A DNA stretch of 63,494 nucleotides, the filler included. It is 7 parts of 7 records of this genome, joined end to end, with 100 filler letters (N's around TTAATTAATTAA, not from the genome) between each part and the next. Parts side by side here need not be neighbours in the genome. Positions count along the whole stretch, not along the records: positions 44,379 to 51,583 come from SRR31147125_7403; positions 51,684 to 58,144 come from SRR31147125_7421; positions 58,245 to 63,494 come from SRR31147125_7579; 4 more parts are not named here. One strand, written 5' to 3'. Position 1 is the first letter of the stretch, and each line of letters starts with the position of its first letter. Below, in pieces: positions 50,238-60,656 of the stretch. The position numbers were made by a program, and so were the translations under genes. A model generated the notes under the pieces. That model worked only from the letters and a program-made list of their open reading frames with translations, did not search any database and was not told the DNA's origin.

Positions 50238-51455
50238 ATGAAAAATATTCCGAATAATTGGAAATCCTTAAAGCTCAAAAGCTTAATTACTCAGGGGGTA
50301 AAGAATGGGTATTCACCTAATTGCCCTGAAGAACCAAATGGCAGTTGGATATTGAGCTTAGGAAACTTAGCCGAAAATGGTTTCGATGCCACTCAAGCTA
50401 AACCAGCCCCCAAAGATGATAAAAGAGTAGATGATTTTCTATTAAAACCTGGTGATTTTCTGATTAGTCGTTCTAATACCCTAGATAAGGTTGGCAGGAC
50501 AATATTGTTTCGTGGTGAAATTAAAAACTGTTCTTATCCTGATCTGCTCATGAGATTTCGCGTTGACGAAACCCAAATAGCAAATGAGTATTTGGAAGGA
50601 TATTTAAGAAGTTCAATTGTAAGAAGATATATCCAAGAATGTGCTTCAGGAACAAGTAGCAGTATGGTTAAAATTAACAAAAAAGTGGTCGAAAAAATAC
50701 CAGTTTTACTCCCTCCTCTTCCGGAACAACACGCAGTAGCCGATATTCTATCCACCTGGAATGAAGCGATTGAGAAAATGGAGAACATAATAAATAAATA
50801 TGAAAATAAACTGAACGGATTGTATCAATATTATTTTACTCCTAATAAGGCAAATAATAAATACTGGGGAAAAACAAAAATAAGTGAAATTCTCAAACAG
50901 AGAAATAATCAAATTTTACCGACTGAAAATCAACCCTTATATTCATTAACAATTGAAAAAGGTATAACTGAAAAAACTGATAGATATAATAGAGAAGCAT
51001 TAGTAAAAGATATTAGTAATAAGAAATATAAAGTTGTTTACCCCAATGATATTGTGTTTAATCCAGCTAATCTTCGCTGGGGAGCAATTTCGCGTTCACA
51101 AATCTCACATAGAGTTGTTGTATCACCAATTTATGAAGTTTTAATGGTTAATAATGACAAAGTCGATATTGATTTTATTAGTCATCTTTTAACTTGCCCA
51201 AGACAGATTGGAATATACTCAACAAAAACAGAAGGATCGCTTGTTGAGCGAATGGCTGTAAAGCTTGATGCATTTTTATTACTTGATATCCAAATACCCT
51301 GCGACTTAAAAGAACAACGGGAAATTTCAGGTGTTTTAAATAGAGCTCAAAAGGAAATTGATTTATTAAAACAACTAACGGAAAATTACAAACTTCAAAA
51401 ACGTGGCCTAATGCAGAAACTGCTGACAGGTGAGTGGAGGGTGAAGGGGGTATAG
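50238..51455 (+). CDS. hsdS: Type I R-M specificity subunit
   Basis: Two TRDs; LPPLPEQ..ADIL; QKRGLMQKLLTG. Confidence 0.92.
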   Translation: MKNIPNNWKSLKLKSLITQGVKNGYSPNCPEEPNGSWILSLGNLAENGFDATQAKPAPKDDKRVDDFLLKPGDFLISRSNTLDKVGRTILFRGEIKNCSYPDLLMRFRVDETQIANEYLEGYLRSSIVRRYIQECASGTSSSMVKINKKVVEKIPVLLPPLPEQHAVADILSTWNEAIEKMENIINKYENKLNGLYQYYFTPNKANNKYWGKTKISEILKQRNNQILPTENQPLYSLTIEKGITEKTDRYNREALVKDISNKKYKVVYPNDIVFNPANLRWGAISRSQISHRVVVSPIYEVLMVNNDKVDIDFISHLLTCPRQIGIYSTKTEGSLVERMAVKLDAFLLLDIQIPCDLKEQREISGVLNRAQKEIDLLKQLTENYKLQKRGLMQKLLTGEWRVKGV

Positions 51456-51456
51456 C

Positions 51457-51583
51457 ATGCCATTAGAACAAAGTTTATTAAAGCAACAGTCATTTTATTT
51501 TAGTGATTCATTAGATCAAAAAGATTTAATGAAAGCTATCAAAGAAAAAAAACAGCGTTTTTATGTCACAGTCATAAAGATAC
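51457..51583 (+). CDS. Hypothetical protein, N-terminal fragment
   Basis: ATG immediately after the hsdS stop; truncated by the contig end. Confidence 0.35.
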
Positions 51584-51683
51584 NNNNNNNNNNNNNNNNN
51601 NNNNNNNNNNNNNNNNNNNNNNNNNNNTTAATTAATTAANNNNNNNNNNNNNNNNNNNNNNNNNNNNNNNNNNNNNNNNNNNN
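51584..51683. other. Artificial contig spacer
   Basis: N44-TTAATTAATTAA-N44. Confidence 0.99.
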
Positions 51684-51940
51684 CCCCCTTAATTAAGGGG
51701 GACAGTTTGAGCCAGAAGCTCCGCTCGACGGAGATGCAGTCGAAAACGGGGGGCCATTTCTTTCATCAAAAATACAAACCCCGCTCTTTTGGGAACGGGG
51801 TTAAAAATTATCTAAAAAGGGTGTCTTTCGATAACCTAAAGAATGGTATCGCTTCAGGCGAAGCTTCCTTTTCATTTTTTTATTCCCACCTGCGCATTAC
51901 GGATAGCATCTACCCACTGCGTCAGGGAATAGATGCCATC

Positions 51941-53032
51941 CTACCGCACTACCCTTCCCGAACCGGAGCCGCCCATTAAGGCTTCAACCTCGGCGCGCGA
52001 TGAATAATTGAAGTCGCCGTTAATAGAATGACACAGGCACGAACCGGCCACAGCAAAACGGATGGCGATTTCTGCTTCTGCCAATTCCGGTGTATTTAAA
52101 GCGTACACCAAAGAGGCTCCGAAAGAATCGCCGCCACCTACACGGTCAACAATATTTTTAATCTCGTAAGGTTTGTATTCACCGTCAGTCATTGGTGCAA
52201 AATGCGAAAAATCGGTATCAGCATCGTATAACATGGCTCCCCAATTATTGTGAGTTGCCGAAAGGCTTTCGCGCAAGGTTATAGCCACCTTTTTCACATT
52301 CGGAAACTGGCGTACAATTTCTTTGGCTACCTCCGAATATTTATCCACGTCAAGTTGTCCACTTTCAATGTCAGTATTTTCTGCCGAAATTCCGAGTACA
52401 TCATGGGCATCTTCTTCGTTGGCAATTACCACATCAACATAAGGTAAAATTGCCGTCATGGTTTTCTTTGCCAGTTCGTTGGCCGGCGTACCGTTTTGCC
52501 ACTGCCACAATTTTTTTCTGAAATTCAGGTCGCACGAAACAGTAAGGCCTTTTTCTTTGGCCGTGCGCACTGCCACTTCTGCCGCATTTGCCGAAATTTC
52601 GGACAAAGCCGGAGTAATACCTGTAGTGTGCAACCAACCTGCATCTTTCATAATTTTATCCCAGTCGTACGATTCACCATGTGTCATAGATACTGAAGAA
52701 TATTCGCGGTCGTACATTACACGACTGGGGCGTTGATTAGCACCGCGTTCAACGAAGTACAAACCAAAGCGGCCATGTTTTACTTTCTGAATACAGGAAA
52801 CATCTACATCAATTCCTTTCAGAACAATTAAACAAGCTTCGGTCATTTCGTTATCGGGCAAAGCCGTTACAAAACGGGCATTTCCACCCAACATGGCAAT
52901 TGATGAAGCTACGTTTGCTTCTGCTCCGGCAAAAGTAATATCCAGTTTTCCCGGCATACTCTGGCGGAAACGTTGAAAATTCTCGGGACACAGACGGCCC
53001 ATTATTTCTCCAAAAGTTACTATTGTTTTCAT
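51941..53032 (-). CDS. kdgK: 2-keto-3-deoxy-sugar-acid kinase (PfkB family)
   Basis: TFGEIM, GAEANVA, DLNFRKKLW, DRVGGGDSF. Confidence 0.85.
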   Translation of the reverse strand: MKTIVTFGEIMGRLCPENFQRFRQSMPGKLDITFAGAEANVASSIAMLGGNARFVTALPDNEMTEACLIVLKGIDVDVSCIQKVKHGRFGLYFVERGANQRPSRVMYDREYSSVSMTHGESYDWDKIMKDAGWLHTTGITPALSEISANAAEVAVRTAKEKGLTVSCDLNFRKKLWQWQNGTPANELAKKTMTAILPYVDVVIANEEDAHDVLGISAENTDIESGQLDVDKYSEVAKEIVRQFPNVKKVAITLRESLSATHNNWGAMLYDADTDFSHFAPMTDGEYKPYEIKNIVDRVGGGDSFGASLVYALNTPELAEAEIAIRFAVAGSCLCHSINGDFNYSSRAEVEALMGGSGSGRVVR

Positions 53033-53224
53033 ATTCTAAAGAATTAGTCGGAAGACTGAAGACGGAAGCACGAAGTCTTTCTATATCCTGTCTCCGTATC
53101 CGAATCATCTGCTTCTGTTTGTTATTATTTTATATGATACAAAGAAAAGAAAGAAGAATGATTTTGGAATTCTGAAAATTATCTGGTAGTGGCATTATTT
53201 TAACCAAGTACTGAAATTTTCTAA

Positions 53225-53271
53225 AAAAAGGATGGCATCCGTTGCCTATATAACTGGATGCCATCCTTTTT
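53225..53271. terminator. Intrinsic terminator downstream of eda
   Basis: AAAAAGGATGGCATCC...GGATGCCATCCTTTTT stem. Confidence 0.75.
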
Positions 53272-53321
53272 GTATGAAGACAGTTGTAAAAAAAATGAGT
53301 TCACTTATCTATTCCAAATCG

Positions 53322-53996
53322 TTATTTCTTTCTTATCTGAGCTATTAAGGTTGTAATTTCTTTTGCATTTGCAGTTATTGCCTCCCAATTCTCGGCTTGA
53401 ATAAGTGGGCGTTTGGCAATCCATGAACCACCAATGGCAGTAATTAATTCCGACTCAATATACCCGGCAGCATTGTTCATATTTACTCCTCCAAGCGGAA
53501 TAAATTTCAATCCTAAATAGCTGTAAGGAGCCACCATATTTTTCAGGTAGTTGATTCCTCCAATTGGCTCGGCCGGGAAGTATTTCAAAATACGGCAACC
53601 TTGTTCTACAGCACCTTCTAATTCAGAAGCGGTTGTAATACCCGGCGCAAACGATACGCCGTGTTTTTGTGCAGCTTCAACAATACGTGGATTGTAACCC
53701 GGAGCCACTGCAAAATCAACATCCAAACCGGCAATTGCTTTTACCTGCTCAACCGTAAGAACAGTTCCAATTCCAAGGTTAATTTCCGGACAATTCTTTT
53801 TGATAGTTTCGGCAGCTTCCAGAGCAACCGGAGTGCGTAAGGTCAATTCAATGGCGTTAACACCGCCTTCTAACAGCGCGTTTGCCAATGGCAGTGCGTG
53901 TTTTACTTCGTCGATAACAAGTACCGCTATTACCCCGGCATCATCCACTTTTTTAATGATTTCGGGCTTCATTGCTTTTTGTTCTATTGGTAGCAT
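53322..53996 (-). CDS. eda: KDPG/KHG aldolase
   Basis: IELTLRT, GIGTVL, KYFPAE, PLGGV. Confidence 0.92.
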   Translation of the reverse strand: MLPIEQKAMKPEIIKKVDDAGVIAVLVIDEVKHALPLANALLEGGVNAIELTLRTPVALEAAETIKKNCPEINLGIGTVLTVEQVKAIAGLDVDFAVAPGYNPRIVEAAQKHGVSFAPGITTASELEGAVEQGCRILKYFPAEPIGGINYLKNMVAPYSYLGLKFIPLGGVNMNNAAGYIESELITAIGGSWIAKRPLIQAENWEAITANAKEITTLIAQIRKK

Positions 53997-54141
53997 AATT
54001 TTTTGTTTTTCAATTTGTGTTTTACGGACTAAAGTCCTTTTCTAATAGCAGTTGCTCATCCTCAGGCTAAAGCCTGAGGTTATTCAATTGTATGAATGAA
54101 TCAGGTTTAGCCCATTATTAATTATAATTTGACACTGCCTT

Positions 54142-54287
54142 ACTCTACCCTTTCGCCTGTCGGCACTTCCCCTTACAAGGGGAAGCCGCTTTGAACAAAC
54201 GCCAGCAAAGTAACTTAATTTCTCAGGTTCATCCGTCCAACTTTCTCCCCTAATAAGGGGAGATGTCTACAGACAGAGGGGTAGAGT
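54142..54287. repeat. 146-bp MITE/REP-like element
   Basis: Terminal IRs ACTCTACCC/GGGTAGAGT enclose two CCCCT..AGGGG hairpins; a similar hairpin lies at the contig edge (51684). Confidence 0.6.
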
Positions 54288-54306
54288 TACTACTCTCGGT
54301 TCTCCT

Positions 54307-55743
54307 TTACACTCTTACAGTAATTCTCTTTCTCTCCAAATAATCATCGAGTGCCAGGTACGAACAGTCGTGGCCAAGGCCGCTTTCTTTTACGCCGCCG
54401 TGTGGCAGGTAAATACCGTATTTAAATCCGTTTACATGCACCTCGCCCACTTCCAATTCGGTAGTAAATTTCTGAACACGGGCGATGTCGTTAGTATATA
54501 CATAACTCGATAATCCAACTTCGCAATCGTTAGCCATATCAAGCACTTCGTCTTCATCAGAAAATTTATAGATAGCGGCCAATGGACCAAAAATTTCTTC
54601 TTTGAAAATGGTCATGTTGCGGTTAACATTGGTAAAAACTGTTGGTTCGAAGAAATAACCTTTCTCCATTCCTTCAGGGATTTTTCCACCGCATTCCAGT
54701 TTTGCTCCTTCGGCCAAGGTTGTTTCAGCCAGTTTCATCACACGGTCGCGCGAACGGCCATCAACAATTGGTCCCATATCGATTTTTGGGTCGTTACCAA
54801 AACCAACCTGCATTTTTTTAGCTTTTGCAACAAAACGCTCAACAAATTCGTCGTAAACTTTTTCGTGTACCATAATGCGGTTTGGCGATACACAAACCTG
54901 ACCGCAATTCCCAAATTTAAGAGCCGCAAGGTCGTTAACAGCCTTCGTTACATTGGCATCGTCGAAAATAATAGCCGGCGCATTTCCACCCAATTCCATA
55001 CTGAAATGTTTGATGGAAGTGGCTGCCTGCGACATGGCAATTCTACCCGAAACAGATGAGCCAATCATGGTAATAACACGCGGAATTTTGCTTGAAGAAA
55101 GTGTTAGTGCCAACTCCTCATTCGAACCTGCCACAATATTTACCACACCTTTGGGGAAATGGATGCTTTCCATAATTTCGCCAATAAGATAAGCCGAAAG
55201 TGGTGCGTTTGCCGATGGTTTCAGAATAAGTGTACATCCTGCTGCCAAAGCCGGGCCAATTTTAAATCCAAGGTTTAACAGCGGAAAGTTCCAGGCCAGG
55301 TAACCAACAGCAACGCCGGCAGGTTGTTTTATAATCTGGTGGCGGTGCGTTCCGTCCGGGTCGGGAATAATTTCATCGCGGCGGTGCAACATTTCCTGCG
55401 GGTACCATTCCAAAGCATTTACCACAGTTTCGTAATCTTCCATCGCCTGATTATAGGTTTTTCCCATTTCATACATCACAGCTTCACGAATTTCGTGTTC
55501 TCTTAAAATCACTGCATCGCGCAATTTATCCATCCACATTTTGCGGGTGTTCACACTCATTTTCGACCACTTTTTAAAAGCAGCCTGTGCAGCGTTCAAA
55601 GCCAGTTCTGCATCACCTTTTCCACCCCAGGCAATTTCACCAACAATTTCGCCGGTACCGGGACATTCTACTTGTTCTTTTTCGCCGGAAACTGCGTCAA
55701 CCAGTTTTCCGTCGATATACATTTTTTTATATCCGTAATTCAT
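54307..55743 (-). CDS. NAD(P)-dependent aldehyde dehydrogenase, probable 3,6-anhydro-D-galactose dehydrogenase
   Basis: WNFP, MELGGNAP, NCGQVC, EEIFGP; the substrate is inferred from operon context. Confidence 0.75.
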   Translation of the reverse strand: MNYGYKKMYIDGKLVDAVSGEKEQVECPGTGEIVGEIAWGGKGDAELALNAAQAAFKKWSKMSVNTRKMWMDKLRDAVILREHEIREAVMYEMGKTYNQAMEDYETVVNALEWYPQEMLHRRDEIIPDPDGTHRHQIIKQPAGVAVGYLAWNFPLLNLGFKIGPALAAGCTLILKPSANAPLSAYLIGEIMESIHFPKGVVNIVAGSNEELALTLSSSKIPRVITMIGSSVSGRIAMSQAATSIKHFSMELGGNAPAIIFDDANVTKAVNDLAALKFGNCGQVCVSPNRIMVHEKVYDEFVERFVAKAKKMQVGFGNDPKIDMGPIVDGRSRDRVMKLAETTLAEGAKLECGGKIPEGMEKGYFFEPTVFTNVNRNMTIFKEEIFGPLAAIYKFSDEDEVLDMANDCEVGLSSYVYTNDIARVQKFTTELEVGEVHVNGFKYGIYLPHGGVKESGLGHDCSYLALDDYLERKRITVRV

Positions 55744-55745
55744 TT

Positions 55746-56879
55746 CTATTCTTTTAATGCGTATTTCTCAAGGGCTTCTTCATGAAATTCAAAACCTAAT
55801 CCTGGCTTGTCGCTCACTTTTATTTCTCCATTAACCGCAACCATGTCGGTAGTAGTTAATTCTTCGCGCAGACCATTTTCTGTTCTGTCATATTCAAGCA
55901 AACAATTTGGCGTACGTAATCGCCCCGGCATCACGTCTAAGTTAGCAACAAAATGCAAAGCTGCCGAAATTGCAATTCCTGTTCCCCAGGTGTGCGGCAC
56001 TAAATCAACACCGTAAACCGATGCCAAAGTAGCAATTCGCTTGGCTTCTGTAAGACCCCCGGTGGCACAAATATCGGGTTGAGCAATATCAACACAATTT
56101 GTTTTTAACAAAGTTTGAAAGCCAAAACGCATGTATTCGCATTCGCCACCCGCAATCGGGATGGTAGTTTTTGTGCGTAATTCTGCGTACTGGTCATAAT
56201 ATTCCGGAGAAATTGGCTCTTCAAACCAGCCAATGTCAAATTGTTCTACCGCCTGCGAAAGTTGTGCAGCCTCGCGAAGATTATAGGCGTGGTTCGAATC
56301 AATCATTAAAGCAATATCAGAACCAATGGCTTCGCGAACCATTTTCACATATTCAATATCTTCCTGAACGCCCAAGCCCACTTTCATTTTCATGGCTTTA
56401 TAACCTTGCTTCGCGTAGTCTTCGGCTTCCTTTGCTAATTTGTAGCCCAAATCAGAACATTTTGTGTAGTACATTCCCGTCGCATACGGAGTAATCGATT
56501 CGCGCTTTTTGCCACCCAGCATCAGGTGAACCGGCTGCTCCAGAATCTTTCCTTTTAAATCCCACAAAGCAACATCAATTGCACTCATTGCCGAAACCAG
56601 GATTCCACGGCGGGCAAAGTCGAGTGTGCGGCGGTACATTGTGCTCCATACTGTTTCAGTTTCCAGTGGATTTTGCCCCACAACAAACGGAGTAAGATGC
56701 TCGATTCCGGCTTTCACAAGGCTTGCCGGCCCGTAACCTTCTCCCCAGCCAACGTGCCCGCTTTCGCTGGTTACTTTCACAATACAAATTCGTCTTTCAG
56801 CATATTCCCATTGCGAAAAATAAAAAGCCTCGTTCAGCTTATCAGCAACTATATAACTTTCAATTGATTTTATCTTCAT
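55746..56879 (-). CDS. Mandelate racemase-family enolase, probable 3,6-anhydro-D-galactonate cycloisomerase
   Basis: KMKVG, DSNHAY, WFEEP, GGECE, PHTWG; N-terminal FYFSQW as in the Gci/Dci cycloisomerase subgroup (recalled, not searched). Confidence 0.72.
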   Translation of the reverse strand: MKIKSIESYIVADKLNEAFYFSQWEYAERRICIVKVTSESGHVGWGEGYGPASLVKAGIEHLTPFVVGQNPLETETVWSTMYRRTLDFARRGILVSAMSAIDVALWDLKGKILEQPVHLMLGGKKRESITPYATGMYYTKCSDLGYKLAKEAEDYAKQGYKAMKMKVGLGVQEDIEYVKMVREAIGSDIALMIDSNHAYNLREAAQLSQAVEQFDIGWFEEPISPEYYDQYAELRTKTTIPIAGGECEYMRFGFQTLLKTNCVDIAQPDICATGGLTEAKRIATLASVYGVDLVPHTWGTGIAISAALHFVANLDVMPGRLRTPNCLLEYDRTENGLREELTTTDMVAVNGEIKVSDKPGLGFEFHEEALEKYALKE

Positions 56880-56885
56880 CTTCTA

Positions 56886-57899
56886 CTAATTTAATCCGTT
56901 TGAATATCCAAGAATTATACACGCCACAATAATGGTAGCCAGTCCTGCCAACATAATGCGGAAAGGCACTTTAACATCTTTCCATTCGCCCTCGCGGTAG
57001 GCCCAAATATTACTGATGATTAGCGACAATCCAAGCAACATTGGCCAGCCAATAACAGGCCCTATGCTTCCCATTAACGCTGCACCTTGTCCGTAAATTC
57101 CAAGAGCGGCAAACCAGAATAATCCGGCCAGCACCGACCAGCGGAAAGCTTTTGTTCCGAAGGCACCTTTATATGTTGTGTACGATTTATTTTTGATTAA
57201 CAAACTGATGGCGTACAAAGCATTCATTAAAAATGCTCCCCAAAGTACAACCACCCAGGCTGCCAAACTTGAATTATTTGTTGCGGCTCCGCTATTAACG
57301 GCAGCTTCGGCAACCGGCCCGGCATTGGCAAAACCAACATTTAACAAAGCCGAAAGCACACCGCTTAATACGGCAATCAACAATCCAATCTGGAATGCTT
57401 TTCCTTTCGATACACCGGTGTCGGCATTGGTTTCGTTATCGCGTTTTATACCAGCGTAAGCAACAATTACAACACCAATTACAATTATTAATACTCCGGC
57501 AATTATAAAAGGGAATGCAGGCTGCGAAGTAGCATCTCCAATCTGAAACAGCGGAACAATTGAGCCCACTGCCGATGCCAATCCCATTACAATACCATAG
57601 GTTAACGACACTCCAATTTTCCCAACACTTTTTCCGAAAAGTATACCGCCTATTCCCCACAAGAAACCAAATAACATAGCCTTAAAAAGTACTCCGCCAT
57701 CGGTCGAGAAAATAACATTAATTAAATCGGGGACAGTGAAAAATGCCCAGGTCATCGGGAATAAAATCATTGCAATAAAAGAATGTACCAACCACCAGGC
57801 TTCCCACGCCAGCGGTTTGATAAATTTCATTCCCAGGCCAAATGTGCCTTGAAAAAAGCTTGCAAAAATTACTAAGATAAAAGGTAATATTAGTTCCAT
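56886..57899 (-). CDS. RhaT-family sugar/proton symporter
   Basis: WAWEAWW, GFLWGIGG..FG.S...IGVSL, EGEWK; about 10 TM segments. Confidence 0.8.
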   Translation of the reverse strand: MELILPFILVIFASFFQGTFGLGMKFIKPLAWEAWWLVHSFIAMILFPMTWAFFTVPDLINVIFSTDGGVLFKAMLFGFLWGIGGILFGKSVGKIGVSLTYGIVMGLASAVGSIVPLFQIGDATSQPAFPFIIAGVLIIVIGVVIVAYAGIKRDNETNADTGVSKGKAFQIGLLIAVLSGVLSALLNVGFANAGPVAEAAVNSGAATNNSSLAAWVVVLWGAFLMNALYAISLLIKNKSYTTYKGAFGTKAFRWSVLAGLFWFAALGIYGQGAALMGSIGPVIGWPMLLGLSLIISNIWAYREGEWKDVKVPFRIMLAGLATIIVACIILGYSNGLN

Positions 57900-58144
57900 G
57901 GTATTTAATTTTTTACAAAGGAACTACAAAAGCCACTACACGGATTTGTGAAAATTAACTTGTAGTTGCATTATTTTACCCTACTGCTTGCAAACTGAAG
58001 ATTTCGAGGTAAAAATGGAAACTGATAGTGCGGACTTGCCAAAATGATTGCAATAATGAACCACCCTACCACAGAGCAACGGGGAATCAATAGGAATACT
58101 CTTTTTATTCACCACAAGGAGCGGGGAATATTACCCATTAGATC

Positions 58145-58244
58145 NNNNNNNNNNNNNNNNNNNNNNNNNNNNNNNNNNNNNNNNNNNNTTAATTAATTAA
58201 NNNNNNNNNNNNNNNNNNNNNNNNNNNNNNNNNNNNNNNNNNNN
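58145..58244. other. Artificial contig spacer
   Basis: N44-TTAATTAATTAA-N44. Confidence 0.99.
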
Positions 58245-58246
58245 AA

Positions 58247-59113
58247 AACCGCACGCAGTTTAACCGCTTGTTAGCCATAAATCCCAGTGAACGAATTCCG
58301 TTGGGCAATAATGGCAATATATCCATGCGAATCATAGAGCTCATTGCTCCAATCGGCAAGGGCACTCGTGGACTGATCGTGTCGCCTCCCAAATCCGGTA
58401 AAACGCAGCTTTTAGAAGAGATTGCCAACGCGATTCATAGCAGTGAGCCAGATACCCGGATTGTTGTATTGCTGATCGATGAACGACCGGAGGAAGTCAC
58501 CCACTTTCGCCGTAATGTAGAGGCAGAAGTCCTGTCCAGTTCCAATGACCAAAGCATTGAATCACATGTTAATTTGGCAGAACTGACCCTGGCTCACATC
58601 CGATGTGAATTGGAATGCGGCCGTGATGTTGTTGTTCTTGTTGACAGCATTACCCGTATGGCCCGTGCTTTTAACCAGTATGGCACCGGAGCACGGCGCA
58701 CCATGACGGGCGGCCTGGATGCAAACGCACTTGAAATTCCCCGGCGTTTCTTTGGCCTGGCCCGTAATATTGAAAATGGCGGATCAGTGACCGTTATAGC
58801 TACAGCATTGGTGGAAACCGGTTCACGGATGGATGATTATATTTTCGAAGAGTTCAAAAGTACAGGTAACAGCGAAATTGTGCTGGATCGTTCTTTAGCA
58901 GATGCACGGATTTTTCCGGCAATTAATCTACTGGCCAGTGGCACACGAAAAGAAGAACTGCTTTATCAGGAAGACGAAATGGAGTGGCTCTATTCATTAA
59001 ATCGTATGCTGGCAGACCTGGAGCCTAAAGAAGCCATGACTTATATGCTTAAACTTGTGGACAAAGCTGGTACAAATGAAGAACTGTTCAAACAAGTCAA
59101 TCTAAAGCTGTAA
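58247..59113 (+). CDS. rho: Transcription termination factor Rho (5' truncated, somewhat divergent)
   Basis: PIGKGTRGLIVSPPKSGKT, LIDERPEEVT, FEEFKSTGN, SGTRKEELL. Confidence 0.9.
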   Translation, partial: NRTQFNRLLAINPSERIPLGNNGNISMRIIELIAPIGKGTRGLIVSPPKSGKTQLLEEIANAIHSSEPDTRIVVLLIDERPEEVTHFRRNVEAEVLSSSNDQSIESHVNLAELTLAHIRCELECGRDVVVLVDSITRMARAFNQYGTGARRTMTGGLDANALEIPRRFFGLARNIENGGSVTVIATALVETGSRMDDYIFEEFKSTGNSEIVLDRSLADARIFPAINLLASGTRKEELLYQEDEMEWLYSLNRMLADLEPKEAMTYMLKLVDKAGTNEELFKQVNLKL

Positions 59114-59219
59114 ATAACATATACCGGATTGACGATTGCGTGTTTTTCTCACCCCAGTATACATTAAATCATTTCGAATTCAAAACATATTAATCCATTA
59201 TTAAAAAAAGAGGATAAAA

Positions 59220-60101
59220 ATGAGATCCCGATATTCGCTATTATTAGTCATATTATGCTGCTGTATAATCCAGGTGAATTGTTCTTCTGAAAAACAAGTA
59301 AGCTCAAGCATGAACATCATGACATTTAATCTGAGATATAATACGGCTTCTGATGGTGAGAATGCCTGGCCTTTTCGTAAAGATATGGCTGCCAGTATGA
59401 TTCGATTTCATGACGCAGACCTTGTTGGTCTTCAGGAAGCCCTGATCGATCAGATTCAGGATTTAGCGGAACGACTTCCGGACTATGAATGGTTTGGCCT
59501 TGGACGCGACGACGGAAAGCAGGCCGGTGAATTCATGGCCATCTTTTATAAAAAAGAGCGTTTTGAGGTCCTTCAGGATTCGACTATCTGGCTATCAGAA
59601 ACACCTGAAAAGCCTGGAAAAGGATGGGACGCAGCCTGTAATCGTGTTATAACCTGGGGAAAGTTTAAAGATCAAATCAGCAATAAAATATTCTATCATT
59701 TCAACACACATTTTGATCACGTTGGTAAGGTAGCTCGTAAAAACAGCGCAACAATATTATTAAAAAGTATAGAAAACATTGCTAAAACATCTCCTGTTGT
59801 TGTCACCGGGGATTTTAATGCCAAACCAGGTTCGGTACCCATACAGGTTATTACAACCGGGTTGGAAGGAACACCTGGCATAAAATTAAAGGATTCAAAA
59901 CTTCTTTCCCAATATCCGCATCACGGACCGAACGGGACAATAACAAGGTTCCAATCAGCCAATGTCAGCGATCAGCCAATTGACTATATTTTTATTAAAA
60001 ATAATGTGCAAGTGGTGCGACACGGTACTCTTTCCGATAGTTTTGAGGGACGTTTTCCGACAGATCATATGCCGGTGATGGCGGAGATCGTTATTGAATA
60101 A
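59220..60101 (+). CDS. Secreted endonuclease/exonuclease/phosphatase family protein
   Basis: MTFNLRY, GLQEA, NTHFDH, GDFN, IDYIF, TDH; N-terminal signal/lipobox. Confidence 0.9.
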   Translation: MRSRYSLLLVILCCCIIQVNCSSEKQVSSSMNIMTFNLRYNTASDGENAWPFRKDMAASMIRFHDADLVGLQEALIDQIQDLAERLPDYEWFGLGRDDGKQAGEFMAIFYKKERFEVLQDSTIWLSETPEKPGKGWDAACNRVITWGKFKDQISNKIFYHFNTHFDHVGKVARKNSATILLKSIENIAKTSPVVVTGDFNAKPGSVPIQVITTGLEGTPGIKLKDSKLLSQYPHHGPNGTITRFQSANVSDQPIDYIFIKNNVQVVRHGTLSDSFEGRFPTDHMPVMAEIVIE

Positions 60102-60417
60102 AAATGTCATCATGTATAGAAGCAAATTGTTGCCTCTATACATGATAGCTCTTGGCAAGAGATCGGGTAAAATTGCTTCCAGCAGATTCATGCTAAAAAT
60201 GAATTAATATTTACAACCTCTGATTTATATTAAAAATAATCCGCAATCCTGTACTCTGATTCATCATATTCTTATTTCTACCCACTATCCACATAATTAT
60301 ATATTGATATCATATTGTATTCATAATAGATATTTCTAAATCCTAATTCTTGTTAAATCAGCACATTTTCATTATAACAAATTATCACTAAAATTGAGAT
60401 TTCCTTGCTTCTTGACA

Positions 60418-60521
60418 TGTTCGATTTCGAACAGGAATCGTTTGTTATCGTATATTAAAAATGCTTTTTATTAACAAACGAAGCACTATTACAGGGATTA
60501 CAATTATGGTACACTTTATGC
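60418..60521 (+). promoter_or_regulatory. sigma54 promoter with upstream enhancer palindromes
   Basis: TGTTCGA-TT-TCGAACA (60418-33), a degenerate copy 21 bp later, and TGGTACACTTTATGC with GG-N10-GC at 60508-60521. Confidence 0.65.
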
Positions 60522-60586
60522 CTTATCAAAACAACAGATCATGAGTGCAATAAAAAAAGCTTACAATTGAACGCATTACTATTATT

Positions 60587-60656
60587 GGCAGGGGATTCGA
60601 GCGGCGACAGATAATCTGGTTAATGCACTCTGAATTATCATGAGTGTCGGGGGCAA
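60587..60656 (+). ncRNA. Candidate structured 5'-leader RNA
   Basis: GC-rich island in an AT-rich leader; hairpin GCACTC-TGA-ATTA-TCA-T-GAGTGT; GATAAT (60610-15) is complementary to ATTATC (60634-39). Confidence 0.35.

Noticed and set aside
51707-51979. 90-aa plus-strand ORF convergent on kdgK
   Set aside because: It spans terminator and REP-like hairpins and has no protein motif.
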